From contig NJBF01000086.1 in the NCBI GenBank assembly GCA_003144275.1, positions 1 to 7,083 on the forward strand: a stretch of 7,083 nucleotides of DNA, in the 5' to 3' direction. How positions within the stretch are numbered: position 1 is the first letter of the stretch; the number at the start of each line of letters is the position of its first letter. Made by a program: the position numbers and the translations under genes. The stretch is from Candidatus Heimdallarchaeota archaeon B3_Heim. GTDB taxonomy: Archaea > Asgardarchaeota > Heimdallarchaeia > Hodarchaeales > Hodarchaeaceae. Below the pieces are notes generated by a model, which was not told the DNA's origin, made no database searches, and saw nothing but the letters and a program-made list of their open reading frames with translations. Shown here piece after piece: positions 1-6,724 of the stretch.

Positions 1-87
1 TTAGTAGTTTCCAATAGTAAGAAGCGTAGTTATTGCATTATTACAGTTAATATTAATTCCTTCAACGTAGAAAAGGTAAATTATTAG
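1..87 (+). CDS. Possible C-terminal fragment of an upstream gene (LVVSNSKKRSYCIITVNINSFNVEKVNY*), tentatively metallophosphoesterase-like
   Basis: Frame 1 is open from base 1 to TAG at 85-87, ending 5 nt before ATG93 as expected in an operon. The 'K-R-S-Y-x-hydrophobic-T...V-x-Y/F-stop' tail resembles my recollection of C-termini of Bacteroidota calcineurin-like phosphoesterases. Only 28 aa are visible, so the product call is weak. Confidence 0.35.
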   Translation, partial: LVVSNSKKRSYCIITVNINSFNVEKVNY

Positions 88-92
88 TTTGT

Positions 93-685
93 ATGAAAAG
101 TAATAGTTTTTTTTTACGGTTATTAGCATCATATTGACTGCTAATTTGACTTATTCGAATGATACCATTTCTGTAGAAGAAAAATCGTGGTATATTCCTG
201 ATTATGCGAAATTACAATTCGCAGGGAATATTGGGTTTTTATCATTAGGTTTTGGTTATGAATTATTTAGTAAACATTTGCAATCGGATATTTTATATGG
301 TTATGTTCCGTATTCCATAGGCGGAGCAACCATTCATACAATTTCACAAAAAAATACATTTGTGTTGTATAATCACAAAAGAAATGGGTATATTATTTCA
401 CCAATAGCTGGTTTTTCGACAAATTTTGAAACAGGAAATAATTCATTTCTAATACTTCCGGATAAATACCCCAAAGGATATTATGTAACTAATGCGATAC
501 ATTTTACTTTTTTTATTGGTGGGAAAATACATAAGACACTAACAAAACAGTCAAAAATAAAAGGATTTGATTTTTATATTGAATTAGGAACGGTTGATAC
601 GTATTTATGGTATAAAATTTTCTCTAAAGAAATTAAAATGAAAGACATATCGAGTTTTGCTATAGGAATAAATACTTTTTTCTAA
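93..685 (+). CDS. Outer-membrane beta-barrel protein, frameshifted in its signal peptide (phase-variable, pseudogene or assembly error)
   Basis: ORF 134-685 has alternating amphipathic beta-strands (LQFAGNIGFLSLGFGYELF, IHFTFFIGGKI, FDFYIELG) and a C-terminal Phe (GINTFF). Its TTG start gives no signal peptide. ATG93 plus one extra T in the T9 run (107-115) gives MKSNSFFFTVISIILTANLTYS-NDT..., a normal Sec signal, and a 197-aa protein. As sequenced, the ATG93 frame stops at TGA 135-137. Confidence 0.75.
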
Positions 686-789
686 ACCTGAAATATTTTA
701 ATAATTATAATTCTCTTTTTGTTTATTATTGTTTTTTGTTAACCTGCCAAACAACCTAATCTGTTTGCAGAGTAAGGAACTCAAATTTT

Positions 790-1620
790 TCATTTCATAC
801 CTGACTTATCGATTCCATAAGGTGTATACCAAATGCCCTTTTCCATAGTTTCGTTTAAAATTTCCAAATTTTTACCTGGCCTGCTTAATTTTGGATGATA
901 TAAATGGAATTGTATGGCCAGGTGCTTTACCATTTTAACCTTTACTCCATTTAACCTGAGGCGGTATTCAAGATCAGTGTCTTCACCAACGGCAGGTGCT
1001 TCATACCTTTCATCGAAACTATTAATTGCCAGAAGATCGGATTTATGAATGGAAAAATTGCAACCGAGTATTCCTCGGTCTTTTTTGTTAATTCTTTTTC
1101 TAATAGCCCGGCTTCGAAAATAAAATCCGTTTTCAATACGGTCCCCCCTTCCCATAATACTTTCCCAAATCATAAGTGGGAATAATTTTGTTTCCAAAAA
1201 TCCCTTTTGTACTTTAATGTATGTTAACCGGTCACTTACTGTTTTCGAAAGGTTAACCCTCCTTCCGGCCAAAACCGTATTAGCCTGTTTATTCTTTAAA
1301 TGTTCAAAGATAAATGCTTTATGGGGGATACAGTCACCGTCTATAAAAATAAGATAATCACTAGAGCTTCGTTGAATAGAGAGATTGAGGATCCTGTTTT
1401 TTCGCCAACCTTTATCTTCGTGCCAAACATGGTTTATGTTTAATCCGGAGATGCTGATATAATGTTTAATTTGTTGAACGATTTTGCCATTTGACCCGTC
1501 ATCGGCAATAATGATTTCAAAGTTTTTATGAATTTGTCTCTCAAGGCCGGCAAAAACCAATTCAAGAAAGGGGAATTGATTATAAAATGAAATAATCAGT
1601 GTAGCCTCTGGTTTAGGCAT
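790..1620 (-). CDS. Glycosyltransferase family 2 (GT-A fold) with galactosyltransferase-like C-terminal region
   Basis: N-terminal LIISFYN, EIIIADDGS, RKNRILN, DxD motif in LIFIDGDCI, and C-terminal GCNFSIHKSDLLAINSFDERY...GEDTDLEYRL...HLYH. Confidence 0.93.
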   Translation of the reverse strand: MPKPEATLIISFYNQFPFLELVFAGLERQIHKNFEIIIADDGSNGKIVQQIKHYISISGLNINHVWHEDKGWRKNRILNLSIQRSSSDYLIFIDGDCIPHKAFIFEHLKNKQANTVLAGRRVNLSKTVSDRLTYIKVQKGFLETKLFPLMIWESIMGRGDRIENGFYFRSRAIRKRINKKDRGILGCNFSIHKSDLLAINSFDERYEAPAVGEDTDLEYRLRLNGVKVKMVKHLAIQFHLYHPKLSRPGKNLEILNETMEKGIWYTPYGIDKSGMK

Positions 1621-1755
1621 TTGGTGGAGTTAAAGGATACGTTTCTGAAGATATGGCAAAAAAACGATTAAAAAACCACACACATGTTGAGTCGATGAGT
1701 CCGGGACTTTTCCATAACTTATCGATGGATTGCTCTGTTGAGCGTTCCGTTCAAT

Positions 1756-1792
1756 AAAAAAAGAAAAAAAATTACCGGGCAAACCTACCCAA
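1756..1792 (-). terminator. Probable weak intrinsic terminator overlapping the Crp/Fnr stop codon
   Basis: On the - strand, GGGTA-GGTT-TGCCC forms a stem with a G.U pair, extendable by two further wobble pairs. It is followed by GGTAA and a long U tract (TTTTTTTTCTTTTTTT). Confidence 0.4.
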
Positions 1793-2486
1793 GTTCGCTA
1801 ATTCGTTCCAGCTTTTTCAGGTCGAGAATTTTTATCTTCCTTCCGTCAAGGGCAATAACCTTTTCACTGGCAAACGTCGAAAGCGTACGGATAGCATTTG
1901 ACGTTGTCATATTTGATAAATTGGCTATGTCCTCGCGGGAAAGGTAAACTTTAATGGTTGATCCATCCTCCTCAAATCCGTAAGTCTTGTTAAGAAAAAG
2001 AAGTGATTCAGCCAGTCGTCCACGAATGTGCTTTTGGGTTAACGTGACAGTGCGGCTATTGGAGAAACCTAATTCGGTTGCCATGGTTTTAATCAAACGA
2101 AGAGTGAGCTCTGCATTTCCTTTCATGATCCTGAATATACTATCCTTATTCAGGATACAAACCGTTGAATCTTCAATGGCAATAGCTGAAGCAATATAAT
2201 TCTCTTCAGCGAACAATGCTCTGTAGCCAATAAAGCCAATAGGCTTAGCCATTCTGACGATTTGTTCTCTTCCTCCGATTCCTTCTTTGAAAATTTTTAC
2301 CTTACCTCTGGATAAACAAATTAATCCGGGCGGTTTTCCCCCTTCTTTGTAAATAATCTCCCCCTTTTTGTAATAAGAAGTTGTATGATTCTCGTGCAGA
2401 ATTTCTTTTTCCTTTTCTGAAAGAGCGCTGAAAACCGAATCACTGTTCTCAAGGCAATTCTCGCAATAAGCGTTTCGATATTGCAT
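1785..2486 (-). CDS. Crp/Fnr family transcriptional regulator with N-terminal CxxC
   Basis: cNMP-binding-type beta-roll (YKKGEIIYKEG, GKVKIFKEG...REQIVR...GFIGYRAL), C-helix (RGRLAESLL) and HTH (LSREDIANLSNMTTSNAIRTLSTF). Cys at positions 8, 11, 57 and 110. Confidence 0.95.
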   Translation of the reverse strand: MQYRNAYCENCLENSDSVFSALSEKEKEILHENHTTSYYKKGEIIYKEGGKPPGLICLSRGKVKIFKEGIGGREQIVRMAKPIGFIGYRALFAEENYIASAIAIEDSTVCILNKDSIFRIMKGNAELTLRLIKTMATELGFSNSRTVTLTQKHIRGRLAESLLFLNKTYGFEEDGSTIKVYLSREDIANLSNMTTSNAIRTLSTFASEKVIALDGRKIKILDLKKLERISELG

Positions 2487-2611
2487 TATTTATCAATCTA
2501 AAATATGTTAAGCAGCATGTAAAATTATAAAATTCTTCAGAATATTAAAGGAAAATCTTGAATTACTGAAAATTCTAATTGTAGAAATATTATTTTGGGA
2601 GGTGGCCGGCA

Positions 2612-4264
2612 CTAATATTTTGCAACCAATGGAATTCTACGGCCCGCACCAAAGGCTTTTGAAGAAATTCTAAGGATAGGTGGGGCCTGGTATCGTTTAT
2701 ATTCATTGGTGTTCACCATAAATATGACTCTTTCAACGGTGTTACCATCGAATCCTTTTGCAATAATCTCTTCTGAAGAGAGCTGTAGCTCAATGAAATA
2801 ATATAATATCTTGTCAAGTATCTCATAGTCAGGAAGAGAGTCGGTGTCTTTCTGATTAGGCCTAAGTTCAGCTGAAGGGGGTTTTTTAATTGTGTTTCGA
2901 GGGATAATTTCTTTGTCCCGGTTTATATATTCAGCCAGCTTATAAACATCTGTTTTATAAACATCGCCCAATAGGGATAATCCTCCGCACATATCCCCGT
3001 ATAAAGTTCCGTATCCTACTGCTGCTTCACTTTTATTTGATGTATTGAGTAAAATATGGCCAAATTTATTTGAGAAAGCCATTAAAAATATGGCTCTGAT
3101 CCTGGCCTGTATGTTTTCTTCCGTAATGTCGGGAGGGTAATCCCGGAAGTAAACACGAAGAGAATCATTAAAATTTTCAACGATCGATTGAATGGATATT
3201 ATTTCATATTGAACATTAAGATTGTCTGCCAGGGTTTTGGCGTCGGTTACAGAATGTTCCGTTGAAAATTTTGAGGGAAGGAGGAGTGCGTAAACATTTT
3301 TATTTCCAAGGGCATGTACTGCCAGCACCAAACTTACAGCCGAATCTATTCCTCCCGATAAGCCTAAAATGGCTGTTTGAAACTTCATTTTCAGGAAATA
3401 ATCCCGGAGCCCCATAACTAAGGCATCATTGATCCTTTTATATATATCTGCTGAAGCAGAATGGTTTGAAGATATTTCCTCCATGACATCCCCGAAATCA
3501 TAAATTCTGAAATCTTCTTTGAAATGATGTAGAAGATCATGAATTTCCCCTTTTTGATTAACCACCATTGAGCCTCCTTCAAAAATCAGTTCAGTCTGGG
3601 CCCCCACTTGATTTACATAAAATACCGGAACAGCATATTTCCTGGCTTTGCTGACAATTATTTCTTTCTTTGCCCATTCCCGGGTATATGAAAAGGGAGA
3701 AGCGGCAATATTGATAATCAGGTCAGGTTGATGAGGTTTAAGCATTTCCATGGGGGAGATCGTGTACAATCTTGTTTTTTCGAATTCGTTATCGAAAGGT
3801 TGCTCATCCCACAGATCTTCGCAAATGGTAAGAGCTATTTTCTTCCCCTTATAATGAATGATCCTGAATTCGGTATTGGATTCGAAATAACGGTATTCAT
3901 CAAATATATCATAGGTTGGAAGCAGGGTTTTGTGGATAACATCCAGTACCTTACCATTGGAAAGAAAATAAGCAGAATTATATAAATTTTTTCCGGAAGG
4001 ATTGGGATTGATGGTTGGACTGCCTACTATTGCAGCGATACCATTACAAACCCCAGCCAATTCATCTAACGATTTTTTACATTGGTTAATGAAAACTTTT
4101 TGCTCTAATAAATCCAAAGGGGGATATCCACAAATCGATAACTCTGAAAAAACCACAAGATCAACGTCAGCCCTTATTGCTTTCAGGATGGCTTCACGAA
4201 TAGCCGTAACATTATTCTTAAAGTCACCAATGTGATAATTTAGCTGTGCCAGAGCGATCTTCAT
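2612..4264 (-). CDS. nadE: Glutamine-dependent NAD+ synthetase (nitrilase/CN-hydrolase domain fused to synthetase domain)
   Basis: Glutaminase triad motifs FSELSICGY (E), HKTLLPTYDIFDEYRYF (K) and ICEDLW (C). Synthetase motifs LGLSGGIDS, ENIQARIR, TSNKSEAAVGYGTLYGD and KPPSAELRPNQKD. Confidence 0.98.
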   Translation of the reverse strand: MKIALAQLNYHIGDFKNNVTAIREAILKAIRADVDLVVFSELSICGYPPLDLLEQKVFINQCKKSLDELAGVCNGIAAIVGSPTINPNPSGKNLYNSAYFLSNGKVLDVIHKTLLPTYDIFDEYRYFESNTEFRIIHYKGKKIALTICEDLWDEQPFDNEFEKTRLYTISPMEMLKPHQPDLIINIAASPFSYTREWAKKEIIVSKARKYAVPVFYVNQVGAQTELIFEGGSMVVNQKGEIHDLLHHFKEDFRIYDFGDVMEEISSNHSASADIYKRINDALVMGLRDYFLKMKFQTAILGLSGGIDSAVSLVLAVHALGNKNVYALLLPSKFSTEHSVTDAKTLADNLNVQYEIISIQSIVENFNDSLRVYFRDYPPDITEENIQARIRAIFLMAFSNKFGHILLNTSNKSEAAVGYGTLYGDMCGGLSLLGDVYKTDVYKLAEYINRDKEIIPRNTIKKPPSAELRPNQKDTDSLPDYEILDKILYYFIELQLSSEEIIAKGFDGNTVERVIFMVNTNEYKRYQAPPILRISSKAFGAGRRIPLVAKY

Positions 4265-4288
4265 CCAATCATTTGATAAAAAAAAATA

Positions 4289-5014
4289 TTAAAAGATGAT
4301 ACCCAAATTCAAAGCAACGTTATTCATTACAACCTTGTCAGATGGTTGATTATCATGATCTGTAGTTACATCAAGAAAACCATTTGTATAGTATAGCCCT
4401 AAACATATTGCTGTACTTCCGCCCAAAGAGTATTCAGCACCCATGCCAATGTAATAACCAAGATTAAAAATATTCACTTCGTCTTTTATTGAACTGTTTG
4501 TAATATCACTTTGGAGTACGTCACCAGTCGCCTTTATAAGCACTTGTGGATACAACCCAAGGTTTCCATAATAGGTTAAATATCCGATTTCATTGGTTTT
4601 TAATTTAAGTCCAAATGGAACAGAGACATATTGAAGTTTGTAAGTGATTGTGCTACCCTCGTTTAGCATTTTTGTAATGTTCTGAGCAGTAAATGAAATC
4701 GAATCGGCATATTTTAATTTTCCGCCAAGGTGTTGGATTGAAATTCCCGAAAAAAAAGCATAATTCTCCGTGAAGTATTTTTCAAAACTCAAACCAACTT
4801 TAAAACCCATTCTGGTACCGGCATTTTCAACATCGGTTATATCAGGTTTCATCCACGCGATATTGGGATCGAGGAAAATCCCGAATCGTATTCCCTGGCT
4901 TAAACTTGTTGAGTGTTGAATGAAAAAAAAGAAGATAGTTACAAAAAAAGTAAAAATGAATTTATGCAATTTAACAGAAAGATTACATGCTTTTGTGAGA
5001 TTATAAACTTTCAT
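4289..5014 (-). CDS. Outer-membrane beta-barrel protein (PorT-like/'porin family')
   Basis: Hydrophobic signal ending TSLS-Q, then GIRFGIFLDPNIAW, YKLQYVSVPFGLKLKT, NLGYYIGMGAEYSL, YYTNGF and terminal LNLGIIF. The start codon is uncertain: ATG 5014, or TTG 4969, which gives a shorter and more typical signal. Confidence 0.85.
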   Translation of the reverse strand: MKVYNLTKACNLSVKLHKFIFTFFVTIFFFFIQHSTSLSQGIRFGIFLDPNIAWMKPDITDVENAGTRMGFKVGLSFEKYFTENYAFFSGISIQHLGGKLKYADSISFTAQNITKMLNEGSTITYKLQYVSVPFGLKLKTNEIGYLTYYGNLGLYPQVLIKATGDVLQSDITNSSIKDEVNIFNLGYYIGMGAEYSLGGSTAICLGLYYTNGFLDVTTDHDNQPSDKVVMNNVALNLGIIF

Positions 5015-5264
5015 CTTTCAGATTTATTTATTGATGTAGCAAATTAAAAAAATAAAAAATTTCCTTTACAGATGTAAATATAAAAAATGTTACCGGAAAT
5101 AATATCGGAAAGAACAGATAACTGATAAAACATGCAAGACTTTAAGAATTTATACCAAATCCTTTCGTTAAAGAATAAATGTTTTGTAACTAATCAGGAT
5201 AGACAATAAATTGTTCGGATAATTTTATTTTCTTTTTTTTGAGTAGTTGATTAATAGTAATATG

Positions 5265-5272
5265 TAACTTTG
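5265..5272 (+). promoter_or_regulatory. Bacteroidota sigma-A -7 element (TAACTTTG) for gldB
   Basis: Exact TAnnTTTG match ending 14 nt before ATG5287. A TTTG at 5238-5241 could be the -33 element, but the 23 nt spacer is slightly long. Confidence 0.6.
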
Positions 5273-5286
5273 ATTATTTGAAAAAG

Positions 5287-6306
5287 ATGAATAGAATATT
5301 GTTGCTCCTTTTTATTGCCGGGTTACTATTAAATGGTTGCACTCGAAACCGTTTAAAAGTAAATATTTCCCGGATACATTTGGAGATTGAAATATTACGC
5401 TTCGAGCAGGATCTTTTTAATATTGACCTAATGAGAATAAGTGATGAAATTCCGGAATTGAAAGAAAAATACGGAGATTTTTTCACATTGTTCAATCATG
5501 TTATAAATATTGGACAGCCGGATTTATCTGCATACCCGGAATATCTAAAGGCATTTATCACGGATCCGGTTAATAACCAGGTATATGACAAAACAATGAA
5601 AGTCTATCCTGATGTGGATGAAATAAAAGAAAAACTAACCAATGCTTTTAAACATTATCGATATTATTTCCCTGAAAAAGTTACGCCTGATGTCTATACT
5701 TTTATTTCAGGATTTAATAATTCATTGATCATTGACAGCACCATTTTGGGAATTGGGCTTGACCGGTATCTGGGAAGTGATTGTCTGTTTTATCAACGCC
5801 TGGGGCTGACCCAATATGCCAGATCCGTAATGATTAAAGAGAAAATTGTATCGGACTGTATGTATGCATGGGCATCGACTGAATGGAAATTTGAAGAGGA
5901 ATTTCAGGGAATGACACCTGGTAATAACGTGTTGAATAATATGATATACCAGGGTAAGTTACATTATTTTGTAAAAGCCATGATGCCTGGGGAGAAAGAT
6001 GAAATCATTATGGGATTTTCACCTGAGGAGCTTCATTGGTGTGAAATGAACGAACAGAGAATATGGGAGTATCTTATTGAGCATAAATTGTTGTTTAGCA
6101 CTGATTATATGGTAATAAACAAACTTATTAATGCCGCTCCCTTTACTACCTATTTTACAAGGGAATCACCAGCCCGCGCTGCTGTATGGACCGGTCTACA
6201 GATCGTTGAAAAGTATATGAGGAATTTTCCTGAAGTCACACTAACCGATTTAATGGCAGATACTGACTATAAGAATATTCTATCACTTTCAAAATACAAC
6301 CCTTAG
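5287..6306 (+). CDS. gldB: Gliding motility lipoprotein GldB family
   Basis: Lipoprotein signal MNRILLLLFIAGLLLNG-C. Family-typical segments: ILRFEQDLF, GIGLDRYLG, MIYQGKLHY, WCEMNEQRIWEYLIEHKLLFSTD, APFT...ESPARAAVWTGLQIVEKYM and terminal SKYNP. I prefer ATG5287 over TTG5278 because the -7 element puts the transcription start near 5278. Confidence 0.9.
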   Translation: MNRILLLLFIAGLLLNGCTRNRLKVNISRIHLEIEILRFEQDLFNIDLMRISDEIPELKEKYGDFFTLFNHVINIGQPDLSAYPEYLKAFITDPVNNQVYDKTMKVYPDVDEIKEKLTNAFKHYRYYFPEKVTPDVYTFISGFNNSLIIDSTILGIGLDRYLGSDCLFYQRLGLTQYARSVMIKEKIVSDCMYAWASTEWKFEEEFQGMTPGNNVLNNMIYQGKLHYFVKAMMPGEKDEIIMGFSPEELHWCEMNEQRIWEYLIEHKLLFSTDYMVINKLINAAPFTTYFTRESPARAAVWTGLQIVEKYMRNFPEVTLTDLMADTDYKNILSLSKYNP

Positions 6307-6408
6307 AGGGGTATGTAATAATTTCTGATTTATTCATTTTTTTTCATCTACAACACAGACAGCCATTAATTAGTGTCTGTCAATAAACTCTATATTTTAT
6401 TCATAAAT

Positions 6409-6590
6409 AAATTACAAATCTCAAATAATAAATAATTTACCCCGTGAAATAATGCTCCGCATTAAATCTCCGATTTATTTCACGGGGCAGGTAATATTCA
6501 AATTCGAAATCTCAAATTCCAAACTGTTTGAATATTAATATTTTGGTTATTGTGTTTTATTTGAATTTTGGAGTTTGTAATTTGTTATTT
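6409..6590. repeat. Inverted array of degenerate heptamers (AAATnnC-like)
   Basis: + strand units: AAATTAC AAATCTC AAATAAT AAATAAT (6409-6436) and AATATTC AAATTCG AAATCTC AAATTCC AAACTGT (6493-6527). - strand units: AAATAAC AAATTAC AAACTCC AAAATTC AAATAAA (6590-6556). The orientation switches at CAAAC-T-GTTTG (6520-6530). Confidence 0.75.
6440..6487. repeat. Perfect T-shaped (three-way junction) palindrome, REP/MITE-like
   Basis: An 11-bp stem CCCCGTGAAAT/ATTTCACGGGG encloses two adjacent hairpins, AATGC-TCC-GCATT and AAATC-TCC-GATTT, with no unpaired junction bases. Confidence 0.85.
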
Positions 6591-6668
6591 CAAGAAAAAA
6601 ATTCATAATTTAACTTTTATGGACGAGCACTAATTAGGATTTGTTGAGAGATTAAGATGTAGGTATCC

Positions 6669-6703
6669 AATAAAAAAGTACACGGATTGTGTACTTTTTT
6701 ATT
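6669..6703. terminator. Bidirectional rho-independent terminator downstream of the ferredoxin
   Basis: Perfect 15-bp inverted repeat AATAAAAAAGTACAC-GGATT-GTGTACTTTTTTATT, with a U6 tract on both strands, 21 nt past the ferredoxin stop between convergent genes. Confidence 0.88.
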
Positions 6704-6724
6704 AGGAAAGAATGCTATCGTTTT

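Noticed and set aside
84-91. TTAGTTTG as a -7 promoter for the OMP
   Set aside because: Mismatch to TAnnTTTG, and too close to ATG93 to allow a transcription start upstream of it.
744-770. Hairpin CTGC(C)AAACA...TGTTTGCAG between the convergent OMP and GT2 genes as a terminator
   Set aside because: Bulged stem with no adjacent 3' U-tract on either strand. Possible but not supportable.
951-1136. 61-aa - strand ORF
   Set aside because: Alternative frame fully inside the GT2 gene, with no recognisable motif.
1738-2199. Two + strand ORFs (69 and 70 aa)
   Set aside because: Antisense to the Crp/Fnr gene, with no motifs or independent signals.
2481-2496. FNR-box-like TTGCATTATTTATCAA at the Crp/Fnr start (autoregulation?)
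   Set aside because: Wrong spacing (16 bp vs 14 bp TTGAT-N4-ATCAA), only one good half-site, and the protein's recognition helix is not FNR-type.
3728-4235. Two + strand ORFs (85 and 77 aa)
   Set aside because: Antisense shadows of nadE.
5274-5495. 73-aa - strand ORF
   Set aside because: Antisense to the gldB 5' end.
6452-6538. 28-aa + strand ORF through the T-hairpin (and a 19-aa - strand ORF near 6547-6606)
   Set aside because: By-products of the repeat sequence, with no coding signature.
6307-6668. CRISPR array, tRNA or autonomous IS in the repeat-rich gap
   Set aside because: No 25-40 bp repeats with unique spacers, no cloverleaf with D/T-loop consensus, no transposase ORF and no clear target-site duplication.
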